Positions 1 through 9,295 of a DNA stretch of 64,000 bases are shown here, one piece after another. Positions within the stretch are counted from its first letter, which is position 1. The number at the start of each line of letters is the position of its first letter. The notes under the pieces were generated by a model. The model had not been told where the DNA came from. It saw nothing but the letters and a program-made list of their open reading frames with translations, and did no database searches. The DNA comes from Calditrichales bacterium (lineage in GTDB: Bacteria > Calditrichota > Calditrichia > Calditrichales > J004). The position numbers were made by a program, and so were the translations under genes. Location: positions 160,001 through 224,000 of the forward strand of contig OZ254086.1 in assembly GCA_965267575.1 (NCBI GenBank), read 5' to 3'.

Positions 1-767
1 CCGTCAACCGTAATCGATCGGTAGGTGGGTTTGCCTTCTTTTACCGCGCTGTCCGGCAGATCGCTTTTTTCCAGCGAGAGATACCAGCGCACACGGGCAT
101 TCTGCAACTCGATAAAACCCGAAGCACGCCTGTGCTCGGACAGGTAAACCTTCTGCATTTGCACCGGCCCGAAAATCCAGGCCAGCATATCAAAAAAGTG
201 GATGCCGATATTGGTGGCCACACCGCCCGACTTGTTGACGTCGCCTTTCCAGGAGTAATCATACCAACGGCCGCGGGTGGTAATATAGGTCAGATCGATT
301 TCATGCTTGCTGTCGCGCTTTTCGGCCTGCACTTGTTGTTTAAGGGCGATAATCGAGGGGTGCACACGCAGCTGCAAAATGTTATAAACGCGCATTTTGG
401 ATTGCTGCTCCAGCTCGCTCAGCGCGTCCACATTCCAGGGATTAAGCACCAGCGGTTTTTCGCAAATGGCATGAGCGCCCACGCGCAGCGCGAAACGGAT
501 ATGTGCATCATGAAAGTAGTTGGGCGAACAGATGCTGACATAGTGGATCTCGTCACCCGCGGAACGCATGCGGCGCATTTCAACGTAACGGTCAAAACGC
601 TCGAACTCGGTAAAGAAATCAACCTGGTCAAAATAACGATCCAGGATGCCGACGGAATCGCTTTTGTCAAGCGCGCAGACAAGGTTATTGTCCGTATCGC
701 GGATGGCCTGCATGTGCCGTGGCGCGATATAGCCGGCGGCGCCAATCAAAGCAAAGTTTTTAGACAT
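1..767 (-). CDS. wbpB: Gfo/Idh/MocA oxidoreductase, WbpB/WlbA-like UDP-GlcNAcA 3-dehydrogenase (3' end runs off the window)
   Basis: Hand translation of the minus strand from the ATG at 767 gives MSKNFALIGAAGYIAPRHMQAI...SICSPNYFHDAHIRFALR..HAICEKPLVLNPWN...SWKGD..KSGGVATNIGIHFFDML. Absent from the ORF track because it has no stop inside the window. Confidence 0.85.
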   Translation of the reverse strand, partial: MSKNFALIGAAGYIAPRHMQAIRDTDNNLVCALDKSDSVGILDRYFDQVDFFTEFERFDRYVEMRRMRSAGDEIHYVSICSPNYFHDAHIRFALRVGAHAICEKPLVLNPWNVDALSELEQQSKMRVYNILQLRVHPSIIALKQQVQAEKRDSKHEIDLTYITTRGRWYDYSWKGDVNKSGGVATNIGIHFFDMLAWIFGPVQMQKVYLSEHRRASGFIELQNARVRWYLSLEKSDLPDSAVKEGKPTYRSITVD

Positions 768-921
768 GGGTTATTCTCTGTTTAATAAATGACAAACTTA
801 CGCAATGTTAAAAAACGATCAAACAACAAACCAAAATATAACAATGAGCGATCATACCGCTCTATAAGATGACGTTTGTCACGAAGAGATTTTTCACTTG
901 TCTTATTATTGCTGCGTGCAG

Positions 922-951
922 TTGAAAAACACAGAGCGGAAATGTTATCTT
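922..951 (+). promoter_or_regulatory. possible sigma-70 promoter for cysCDN
   Basis: TTGAAA-N18-TATCTT with an extended -10 TG, about 40 nt upstream of cysC. Confidence 0.3.
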
Positions 952-989
952 AAGCGCTCGCTAAATCAGAGCAGGGACATGTATTTGGC

Positions 990-1589
990 ATGAAAGCCAG
1001 CAATATTCATCCGGTTTTTGATCGTATTCTGCAGAGGGCAGACAAACAATCCCTTTTAGAGCAAAATGGTTGCTGTATTTGGCTTACCGGACTTTCCGGT
1101 TCGGGCAAATCCACCATCGCCATAGGCCTGGAACGCATGCTGCACGAGCACGGCATTCTGACCCAGATACTGGACGGCGATAATATCCGCAGCGGCATTA
1201 ACAATAATCTCGGTTTTTCCGAAGATGACAGGCGGGAAAATATCCGCAGAATTGCCGAAGTTTCGAAGCTTTTTGTGGATTGCGGTATCGTGACCATCAA
1301 CAGTTTTGTAAGCCCGACACGCGCCATGCGCAACATGGCCCGCGAGATTATCGGCGCGGACGATTTTGTGGAAGTGTATGTGAACGCCCCCCTGGAGGTG
1401 TGTGAGCAGCGTGATGTAAAGGGCTTGTATGCCAAAGCCCGGCGCGGTGAGATTAAGGATTTTACCGGTATCCACCAGGCTTTTGAAGCGCCGGAGCAAC
1501 CCGCCCTGGAGCTGCGTACCGATCAGCTAAACATCGAACAGGCAACCGAAAACCTTTTTAAACATGTAGTACCAATCATAAAGAAATAG
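990..1589 (+). CDS. cysC: adenylyl-sulfate (APS) kinase
   Basis: [13 protein letters not shown]-loop, LDGDNIR, DRRENIRR, RDVKGLY..AR.GEIKDFTGI. Confidence 0.97.
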   Translation: MKASNIHPVFDRILQRADKQSLLEQNGCCIWLTGLSGSGKSTIAIGLERMLHEHGILTQILDGDNIRSGINNNLGFSEDDRRENIRRIAEVSKLFVDCGIVTINSFVSPTRAMRNMAREIIGADDFVEVYVNAPLEVCEQRDVKGLYAKARRGEIKDFTGIHQAFEAPEQPALELRTDQLNIEQATENLFKHVVPIIKK

Positions 1590-1593
1590 AATT

Positions 1594-2499
1594 ATGCAGT
1601 CTTATACTCTAAATCATTTACAGGAACTGGAAGCGGAATCGGTTTATGTTATCCGTGAAGTGGCCGCGCAGTTTGAGCGCCCGGTGATGCTTTTCTCGGG
1701 TGGCAAGGATTCGATCGTCATGTTCCACCTGGCGCGCAAAGCTTTTTATCCGGCCAAGCTGCCCTTTCCCCTTTTGCATATCGATACGGGGCACAATTTT
1801 GATGAAACGCTGAAATTCCGAGACGAGCTGATGGAAGAAACAGGCACCGAGCTGATCGTGCGCTATGTGGAGGATACAATCAAGGCAGGCCGCGCCGCTG
1901 AAGAGTCCGGCCCCAATCCCAGCCGCAACCGCCAGCAGACGGTGACACTGCTGGACGCCATCGAAGAGTTTAAATTTGACGCGGCCATGGGCGGCGGGAG
2001 GCGCGACGAAGAGAAAGCACGGGCCAAAGAGCGCTTCTTCTCACACCGTGATGAATTCGGCCAGTGGGACCCCAAAAACCAGCGCCCCGAACTGTGGAAC
2101 CTGTTTAACGGGCGACGCAACATGGGCGAACATTTTCGTGTTTTCCCCATCAGCAACTGGACCGAGCTGGATGTCTGGGAGTACATCAAAATGGAAAACA
2201 TAGAAATCCCCAGCCTCTACTTCACCCATGAGCGCGAGATCGTTAACCGTGACGGGACGCTGCTGGCAAAAAATCCGTTCATCACGCTGATCAAAAACGA
2301 AAAATGGGAAAAGCGTAAGATTCGCTTCCGCACCATCGGCGATATGACCTGCACCGGCGCGGTGGAATCACCGGCGCAAAACCTCGATGACATCATCGCC
2401 GAAATAGCCACCAGCCGCGTAACCGAACGTGGCGCCCGCTTCGACGACAAACGTTCCGAGGCCGCTATGGAAGACCGCAAAAAAGAAGGATACTTTTAA
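1594..2499 (+). CDS. cysD: sulfate adenylyltransferase subunit 2
   Basis: LEAESVYVIREV, FSGGKDS PP-loop, RRDEEKARAKER, WDPKNQRPELW, C-terminal MEDRKKEGYF. Confidence 0.97.
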   Translation: MQSYTLNHLQELEAESVYVIREVAAQFERPVMLFSGGKDSIVMFHLARKAFYPAKLPFPLLHIDTGHNFDETLKFRDELMEETGTELIVRYVEDTIKAGRAAEESGPNPSRNRQQTVTLLDAIEEFKFDAAMGGGRRDEEKARAKERFFSHRDEFGQWDPKNQRPELWNLFNGRRNMGEHFRVFPISNWTELDVWEYIKMENIEIPSLYFTHEREIVNRDGTLLAKNPFITLIKNEKWEKRKIRFRTIGDMTCTGAVESPAQNLDDIIAEIATSRVTERGARFDDKRSEAAMEDRKKEGYF

Positions 2500-2502
2500 G
2501 CT

Positions 2503-3777
2503 ATGACTGAAAATGCCATTTTAAGCCACGCCCAGGGAGAAATGCTGCGCTTTACGACAGCGGGCAGCGTGGATGACGGAAAGAGCACACTGATAGGCCG
2601 CCTGCTGTACGACAGCAAGGCCATTTTTGAAGACCAGATGGAAGCCATCGAGCAGGCCAGCAAAAAGACCGGCCTGGAAGAGGTGAACCTGGCTTTGTTG
2701 ACCGACGGCCTGCGCGCCGAACGCGAACAGGGCATCACCATCGATGTGGCCTACCGCTACTTTGCCACGCCCAAGCGCAAGTTTATCATCGCCGACACAC
2801 CCGGCCACGTGCAGTACACGCGCAATATGGTCACCGGCGCTTCCACGGCCAACGCGGCAATCATTTTAATAGACGCGCGCCACGGTGTGATTGAACAGAC
2901 ACTGCGTCACGCCTTTATCGCTTCGCTGCTGCAGATTCCCCATGTGATCGTCTGTGTCAACAAGATGGATTTAGTGGATTACAAAGAAGAAGTATTTGAA
3001 AAAATCCGCAATGATTTTATGGGTTTTGCCGGCAAGCTCGATATCCAGGATATCCGCTTTGTGCCGATCAGCGCACTGAAAGGCGATAACGTTGTGCTGC
3101 GTTCGGAGAAAATGAGCTGGTTTATGGGGCCGACGCTGATGTACCTGCTGGAGCATATCTACATTGCCAGCGACAATAATCATATCGATCCGCGTTTCCC
3201 CGTGCAATACGTGGTACGCCCGCAGTCGAAGGAATTTCCGGATTACAGGGGCTACGCCGGACGCATCGCCAGCGGCACTTTCCGCAAGGGTGACAAGGTG
3301 ATGGTGCTGCCATCGGGATTCGCCTCAACCATTGAATCGATCGACTTTTTCAACAAGCAGTTCGATACGGCATACGCGCCGCAATCGGTGATCATGACGC
3401 TTGAAGATGAAATCGATATCAGCCGCGGTGACATGATCGTGCGTGAAAACAATCAACCCACTGTCTCCCAGGACCTGGACATAATGATCTGCTGGCTGGG
3501 CGAAAAGCCGATGATGGCGGGTGGAAAATACACGCTGCGCCATACCACGAATGAAGTGCGCTGCATGATCAAGGACGTCAAATACAAAATTGATATCAAT
3601 ACGCTGGACCGTAATATGGATGAAAAAAATATCGGGCTGAATGATATTGGGCGTATTTCCATCCGTACCACCAAGCCGCTCTATTTTGACAGCTACCGCA
3701 AGAACCGCCAGACCGGAAGCGTTGTCCTCGTTGATGAAGCAACGAATATTACGGTCTGCGCCGGCATGATTGTTTAA
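2503..3777 (+). CDS. cysN: sulfate adenylyltransferase subunit 1 (GTPase)
   Basis: GSVDDGKSTLIGRLL, EREQGITIDVAYRYF, DTPGH, NKMD; no fused APS kinase domain. Confidence 0.97.
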   Translation: MTENAILSHAQGEMLRFTTAGSVDDGKSTLIGRLLYDSKAIFEDQMEAIEQASKKTGLEEVNLALLTDGLRAEREQGITIDVAYRYFATPKRKFIIADTPGHVQYTRNMVTGASTANAAIILIDARHGVIEQTLRHAFIASLLQIPHVIVCVNKMDLVDYKEEVFEKIRNDFMGFAGKLDIQDIRFVPISALKGDNVVLRSEKMSWFMGPTLMYLLEHIYIASDNNHIDPRFPVQYVVRPQSKEFPDYRGYAGRIASGTFRKGDKVMVLPSGFASTIESIDFFNKQFDTAYAPQSVIMTLEDEIDISRGDMIVRENNQPTVSQDLDIMICWLGEKPMMAGGKYTLRHTTNEVRCMIKDVKYKIDINTLDRNMDEKNIGLNDIGRISIRTTKPLYFDSYRKNRQTGSVVLVDEATNITVCAGMIV

Positions 3778-3796
3778 AAGAACAGAGTATTCTGGC

Positions 3797-3823
3797 AGGC
3801 GGGTCGTTTGGCCCGCCTTTTTT
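3797..3823 (+). terminator. intrinsic terminator after cysN
   Basis: AGGCGGGTC-GTTT-GGCCCGCCT followed by a T-run. Confidence 0.8.
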
Positions 3824-3883
3824 GTTTAAAAAAAAGTGATCCCGCCTTAAATTACCCTTTCAGCCACTTTCCGGGAGAAAGCC

Positions 3884-4447
3884 ATGTCTGCGCAACAGGA
3901 TGACCTGTTCATCAAGGGCAAAAAAACCTATTTGCGATCGTATCAACCGGGCGACGAAACGATGATCGCCCGCCTGGAAAACCACCCCGATCCGCGCGCC
4001 ACGCTGTTTTACGCCCTGCCCACAACCTTGGAACAACAACGCCAAAAGATGGAACGTCTGCTTGCCGATCCCAACGCCGTCGTGCTGACAATCTGCGGTA
4101 AAGACAGCGGCGAAGCGGTAGGACAAACGTCGCTGCTGCGCATAGACTGGATCGGCCGGATGGCCATATTCTACATTGGTATTGCCGACAAGAGCAATTG
4201 GTCCAAGGGTTACGGCTCGGAAGCGACCCAACTTATGCTGGAATACGCTTTCGATACGCTAAACCTGAATCGCGTGCAGTTGCATGTGGCCGTGGAGAAC
4301 GAAGCAGCCGTAAGCGTCTACAAGCGCTGTGGTTTCAGCATAGAGGGCACCCTGCGCGAAGCCATGTATCACCGGGGCCGCTACTGCGATTTTTACGTGA
4401 TGGGCATCCTGCGCCGGGAGTGGGAGACAAAGCGGTCCAATGGATAA
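3884..4447 (+). CDS. GNAT N-acetyltransferase (RimJ/RimL type)
   Basis: WSKGYGSEA, LNLNRVQLHV..EN.AA..VYKRCGF..EG.LR. Confidence 0.88.
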   Translation: MSAQQDDLFIKGKKTYLRSYQPGDETMIARLENHPDPRATLFYALPTTLEQQRQKMERLLADPNAVVLTICGKDSGEAVGQTSLLRIDWIGRMAIFYIGIADKSNWSKGYGSEATQLMLEYAFDTLNLNRVQLHVAVENEAAVSVYKRCGFSIEGTLREAMYHRGRYCDFYVMGILRREWETKRSNG

Positions 4448-5765
4448 CAAAAACCGTTTTCTCCTGCTGCCGCTAATTTTCGCCTTGCTGGCGGCACCCT
4501 GTTTTTCGCAGCTTCTGTTTAACGGCGAGCCATCCGTGCGCGTGCGTATTCTCAAAACGGTCGCTGCCATCCATCTTACCCCCAACGGAGATTGGCAGAT
4601 TAAAACGGATGATGGCTTTTCAAACATCGCGGCGGGCACCCCTTTATCCATTTCCGCGCAGGATGGGCTACTGCTGTTGGAAAATGAAGAAGGCTTGATC
4701 AACACATTTGGAGACAGCCTCGTTTTCAGGGCAAAAACGGACAGTTCCACTTTGCTCATCAAAGAGGTACCCTATGGTGTCGGCTGGTGGTGGGAAGGGA
4801 AAGAAGATCGTATTTACGAGGGCGTGATCGCCTTTTATGCCGCGGGTACGGACAGCGTTGAAGCGGTGGTTAAGCTGCCCCTGGAACAATACCTGCTCGG
4901 CGTTGTCCCCTACGAGATCGGTGGCGACTCTCCGCTGGAAGCGCTTAAGGCGCAGGCTGTGGCCGCACGTTCCGAAGCTGTGATGGCCTTACGCTCCGGC
5001 CTGTACAGCGGACCACACCATGACCTGACCTCCGACGTGGAGTGCCAGGTGTTCAGCGGCAACCACAAGCGCACCGCAGCCAGCGACCGCGCCGTGCGCG
5101 AAACAAGCAGACTAATACTTTGGGAAAACGATACGCCCATCCACGCCTATTACGCGTCCAACTGCGGCGGACATTCGGAGCTGATTCAAAATGTCTGGCC
5201 GGAACGACCCCGGCCGCAGAGCTATCAGCTGGCGCTCATTGATGACAGCACGCGGCACGCGCCGGACCTGAGCAGTGAAAGCGCCGCCCGTGAATGGATA
5301 GATTCGTCCCCTGCTGTATTCTGCAATCCCGCCGGGCATCCCGGTTTGCCGCCGTGGAGCCGCAAAAACTTCCGCTGGCAGCGCGCATATCTCTTTGAAG
5401 AATTGACTTCCATGATCGACACAACCGGAGCCAGGGGTATGCTGAGCGGAATAAAGGCGCTTGAGCGCGGACCTTCCGGAAGGATATACCGGGCGCATTT
5501 TATTTTTGAAAAAGATAGCATCGAGGTGAAAGGCGAATTAAGCATCCGCATGATGTGGAAGCCCGCTTTGCGCAGCGCCAATTTTTATGTGCAGAAAACA
5601 GATAGCGGCTTTGTGCTAAAGGGCGCGGGCTGGGGACATGGGGTCGGCATGTGTCAATCGGGTGCCGTAGCGCAGGCGCTGCAGGGCAAAGATTTCAAGG
5701 CAATCTTAAAACACTACTACCCCGCGGCAGAAGCAGGGCCGGCTTACTTTAGGGGAGTTCGCTAG
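4440..5765 (+). CDS. SpoIID/LytB domain protein (peptidoglycan lytic enzyme), secreted
   Basis: Signal peptide; LEQYLLGVVPYE, EALKAQAVAARS, GAGWGHGVGMCQSGA, ILKHYYP. Confidence 0.9.
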   Translation: MDNKNRFLLLPLIFALLAAPCFSQLLFNGEPSVRVRILKTVAAIHLTPNGDWQIKTDDGFSNIAAGTPLSISAQDGLLLLENEEGLINTFGDSLVFRAKTDSSTLLIKEVPYGVGWWWEGKEDRIYEGVIAFYAAGTDSVEAVVKLPLEQYLLGVVPYEIGGDSPLEALKAQAVAARSEAVMALRSGLYSGPHHDLTSDVECQVFSGNHKRTAASDRAVRETSRLILWENDTPIHAYYASNCGGHSELIQNVWPERPRPQSYQLALIDDSTRHAPDLSSESAAREWIDSSPAVFCNPAGHPGLPPWSRKNFRWQRAYLFEELTSMIDTTGARGMLSGIKALERGPSGRIYRAHFIFEKDSIEVKGELSIRMMWKPALRSANFYVQKTDSGFVLKGAGWGHGVGMCQSGAVAQALQGKDFKAILKHYYPAAEAGPAYFRGVR

Positions 5766-6040
5766 TTCTTATCAAAATAATCTTTGTCGGCAAGGTTCTT
5801 TTCGGGATCAAACCATTTTTTGTAAGGGCCCAGCAGCAGGAAGAAAGGTTTGACCAAAACGGGGACCCATAGCGCACCGGTCAAAAAATACATCATGGCC
5901 AGAACCAGCAGCGGCAACGAAGGCCAGTTTTTTACAAGCGCAACAACTGAGACCACAAGAATAATCGCGGAGATAACATAACCGAAACGGCGCACCGGTA
6001 GATCTTCGGGCTTCGAAATACCTTCCAGAAATTTGTTCAT
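5762..6040 (-). CDS. small membrane protein, SxtJ-like
   Basis: RRFG followed by two hydrophobic helices and P.LVKPF; start overlaps the upxY stop by 4 nt. Confidence 0.5.
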   Translation of the reverse strand: MNKFLEGISKPEDLPVRRFGYVISAIILVVSVVALVKNWPSLPLLVLAMMYFLTGALWVPVLVKPFFLLLGPYKKWFDPEKNLADKDYFDKN

Positions 6041-6549
6041 AGCGCCTCCTCGGGTTCTTCCACCGGCTCCACCTGCTCGCGGTTTATCTCCACGGAAACC
6101 GTTTGCATGATACCGTCAATCGTGATGATCAGCCGGGTCTCCCCTTTAATGTTGGTTATCGTTCCCTTGAGACCGCGGAACGGCCCATCGGTCACCTCAA
6201 CAAGGTCGCCCTGGCGCAGATAGCTTTCCATGCGCAGGCTGTCCGGATCCATTTCCAGCAACGTTTTCAGTGAATCAATCTGCCAATCGGGTATGCTGGC
6301 CGGCGTGCCTTTAAACGTAATAATGCGCATCACGCCGTGTGTTTCAAGAACGCGAAAGCGGTTTTTGTAATCGAAGCGGCAAAAGACATAGCTGGGAAAC
6401 AACGGCAATTCCACTTCTTTTTTGCGGCTTTTAAACTGGCGGGTAACCGGCAGCAACGGCAGATAGGCCTCTTCGCCTTTTTCCAGCAACAGTTCAAAGG
6501 CCTTCTTCTCGTGCCGGGGACGCGTATACAATGCGTACCATTTTTTCAT
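6037..6549 (-). CDS. UpxY/NusG-family transcription antiterminator
   Basis: KWYALYTRPRHEKK, PLFPSYVF, KOW motif GDLVEVTDGPFRGLKG. Confidence 0.92.
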   Translation of the reverse strand: MKKWYALYTRPRHEKKAFELLLEKGEEAYLPLLPVTRQFKSRKKEVELPLFPSYVFCRFDYKNRFRVLETHGVMRIITFKGTPASIPDWQIDSLKTLLEMDPDSLRMESYLRQGDLVEVTDGPFRGLKGTITNIKGETRLIITIDGIMQTVSVEINREQVEPVEEPEEAL

Positions 6550-6632
6550 ACTATTAACCTGTTTTTCTCAGTGAGCTAATGAATTTACAAGATGATGGCG
6601 GACCATCAAAATCATATAAAACACAACGCCGT

Positions 6633-7946
6633 TTAAAGTTCCGGTACTCCCAGAAAACGGCATAAGTGCCCGGCAATATCCGTAATGGCGGTTAGTTTTT
6701 CTTGTGTGATTGCCGTATCGGCGGCGAGAAATGCATTGTCAAACGTGTGCATCCCGTTAAAAACGGACTTATCAAAGAGCGTCTCATGCCACAGGCTGCC
6801 TTTCAGGTCATAGCCGGGACGGGCCATAACAAAAAGATCAGCGATATCGGGGTGGGCAATGTCAGGTTTGCCCGCCAGCAGGCCGGGATAAACATCCGTG
6901 GCGCGTTTGACATCCGCTACTACTGCACGCCCCTGCGGATCCCGTAAAGTTTTAAGCTCTGCGGCAATACGATCGCACCACATGGTATATTGCGCCGCTG
7001 TAACGCTGCCACTTTTTTCGCGGCCCTGCAGATTTATAAAAACACGCCCGGGGTAGAGCGCATAGGCAATGCTTCGCGGATGAACGTCCTGCAGGGATTG
7101 CGGAACAGGCCGCGTGAAACGCAGCCAGCCTTTTTCCCAGAGCCAGCGGTTGAGATAGACTTCCTGTTTAAGGCTGCCAAAACCATGGTCGGACAGCAGC
7201 ATAAGCGCCACATCGTCATCCAGCGCATCCACAATTTCCCCGATCAGCCTATCCAGCCGTCCGTAAAACGAACGGTAAAGCGCCACGGCCTCAGGTAAGC
7301 CCTGTTCGTAATATTCGAAAGTAAAATGCTGCAACCGGTCTGGCTCCATAATATGGGCCATAAAAAGGTCCCATTTTTCCTGCCGCAAAAAATGCCGCAT
7401 AGTCTCAATACGTTTTTCCAGAACCTCCTTCAGGTCTGCGATAAACGCCTTGAGGTCGCTTTTGGCCAAAGATGTATCCGCGTCAATGCGGTAGCCTTGC
7501 GCCGCGAGATAATCACCTGCTTCAGGCGGCCAGGTGCCCGAGCGCACGTCGTCATGCAAAAAGCCGCAGATTGAGATACCATTGAGCGGTTTGGGCGGAT
7601 AGGTCACCGGTACGTTCATAACAAAAACCCGCTTCCCATGGCCGGAAAGGTGCTCGAAAATGGTGGCGGACTTCAGTTTGTCGGCCTGCGGCGTAAACCA
7701 TTCCATCGTCGCCGGGTCGCGCTCGGTGAAGCTGTAGATGCCGTGCTCATGGGGCAATTTGCCGGTCATAAAGCTGGCCCAGGCGCTGCTGGAAACGGGC
7801 GGCACAATGGAGTTTATAGCCTGCACATTAACGCCGTTTTGCTCCAGCCAGGCTGCAAAGCGGGGCATCCAGCCCCGGTTCAGCCACATTTGCAAATGGC
7901 TGCAGGGCACGCCGTCCAGGGCCAAAACAAACAATCGCTTTTTCAA
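6633..7946 (-). CDS. alkaline phosphatase superfamily protein (type I phosphodiesterase/nucleotide pyrophosphatase-like), Ser at the nucleophile position
   Basis: LALDG, PPVSSSAWASFMTGK, DRLQH, LSDHG, GMH; no signal peptide. Confidence 0.85.
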   Translation of the reverse strand: MKKRLFVLALDGVPCSHLQMWLNRGWMPRFAAWLEQNGVNVQAINSIVPPVSSSAWASFMTGKLPHEHGIYSFTERDPATMEWFTPQADKLKSATIFEHLSGHGKRVFVMNVPVTYPPKPLNGISICGFLHDDVRSGTWPPEAGDYLAAQGYRIDADTSLAKSDLKAFIADLKEVLEKRIETMRHFLRQEKWDLFMAHIMEPDRLQHFTFEYYEQGLPEAVALYRSFYGRLDRLIGEIVDALDDDVALMLLSDHGFGSLKQEVYLNRWLWEKGWLRFTRPVPQSLQDVHPRSIAYALYPGRVFINLQGREKSGSVTAAQYTMWCDRIAAELKTLRDPQGRAVVADVKRATDVYPGLLAGKPDIAHPDIADLFVMARPGYDLKGSLWHETLFDKSVFNGMHTFDNAFLAADTAITQEKLTAITDIAGHLCRFLGVPEL

Positions 7947-9295
7947 AACAGTATGCTCCCGCTGAGATTTTGAGCCCCGTTTAAGCCCATGCGATTAAGC
8001 CACGTCGGCAGCAAATCATAAATCGATACTTCATCATGGAAGCCGGGCTTGATGGCCGCGCCGCGCTGCGCGAAGACACCATAAAAACTGTGGTTGGCAC
8101 CGTCCGGACCGGTATCGTTTTCCGTGGTAAAAAGCGACGCGCCAAAAGAAGCGGACGCCCGGATCGCCAGCTCATCGAAGTAAACAAACAGGTCCGGCGC
8201 GACGTCCCGCACGACGGGATAACGCTCCTGCGGCGTAAAGGCCTCCGTTGGGATATCCAGAGCTGTAAGGGCCTTTTTGATCTCAGCAATGAAAACAGGT
8301 GCCTGTTCGGCGGGAAGAATGCCTTTTGGCTCACGGTCGCGGATATTCAGGTAGATGCGCGCGTAGTAGCCGCCATCGGCCCAGGCCTTTGTGCGCGACC
8401 AATCGACGCGCTCGGCAAAGGGCGCGTCCCGCGGCACATCCCGCCTGAGAAAAAGCCAGCCCTTTTCTACCAGCCACTGATTTATGCGGAAAAGCTTTTT
8501 CATGGTCTGCGCGCCATGATCGCTGACGATGGCGATATCGCAATCGCTGCCGCCTAAGGCGATCAACCGTCCCACTTCTTCATCCAGGTAGCGGTAATAA
8601 TTGAGTACGGCGTTTTTATAGGGCGAACGCGGATCATAAAACGGGCTCTCCTGCGCCAAAAACTGCCAGAAGCCGTGCTGCAGACGATCCGGGCCAATCT
8701 CAACCAGCACAAACAGCTCCCAGGGGTAATTTTGCATCATGTGTCGCGCCAGGCGGAAGCGGGCATCGCTCATGCGGTAAATGCGCTGCAAAAGCTGCTT
8801 TTTATCCAGGTGCCGAAAACCGCTCACATCAAATTCATAGCTGGGGGCGATTGCTTTTATTCTGGCTGAAAGATTTCCGGGAAAAGTGGGGCCCTGCTCC
8901 GAGGATGCAAGAATGCCGCTGACCATATAGCCGTTCAGCGCTTTAGCCGGATAAGTCTGCGGCACGCCGATTACGATATTGCGCCGCCCGCTTCGCGAAG
9001 CTATTTCCCAGAGACGTGGCTCTTTAATAAAACGCGCATCGGCTACGGTCTTGTCCTCATAGCCAAAACCGCTGCGGTTGCGGAAACCGTACACGCCCAG
9101 TTCGCCAGGTGTCTTGCCGCTGAACATACAGCTCCAGGCAGGTACCGTAATGGGCGGGTCGCAGGAGCGCATGCGGGCACAATAGGCTTCACTAAAAAAC
9201 GAGGAAAGATGAGGAAGCTGGTCGCGCCAGCGGTCAAAAACGAGCGAGGGTTCAAGACAATCCAGACCAATTACGAGAAGTTTTTTCGCGCTCAT
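7943..9295 (-). CDS. alkaline phosphatase superfamily protein (type I phosphodiesterase/nucleotide pyrophosphatase-like), Thr at the nucleophile position
   Basis: VIGLDC, PPITVPAWSCMFSGK, DRLQH, VSDHG, GANH; no signal peptide. Confidence 0.85.
   Translation of the reverse strand: MSAKKLLVIGLDCLEPSLVFDRWRDQLPHLSSFFSEAYCARMRSCDPPITVPAWSCMFSGKTPGELGVYGFRNRSGFGYEDKTVADARFIKEPRLWEIASRSGRRNIVIGVPQTYPAKALNGYMVSGILASSEQGPTFPGNLSARIKAIAPSYEFDVSGFRHLDKKQLLQRIYRMSDARFRLARHMMQNYPWELFVLVEIGPDRLQHGFWQFLAQESPFYDPRSPYKNAVLNYYRYLDEEVGRLIALGGSDCDIAIVSDHGAQTMKKLFRINQWLVEKGWLFLRRDVPRDAPFAERVDWSRTKAWADGGYYARIYLNIRDREPKGILPAEQAPVFIAEIKKALTALDIPTEAFTPQERYPVVRDVAPDLFVYFDELAIRASASFGASLFTTENDTGPDGANHSFYGVFAQRGAAIKPGFHDEVSIYDLLPTWLNRMGLNGAQNLSGSILF

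Noticed and set aside
132-785. 217-aa plus-strand ORF
   Set aside because: Antisense shadow of the wbpB-like gene, whose minus-strand translation has clear family motifs.
6633-9295. Calling the AlkP proteins formylglycine sulfatases
   Set aside because: They lack the (C/S)xPxR signature.
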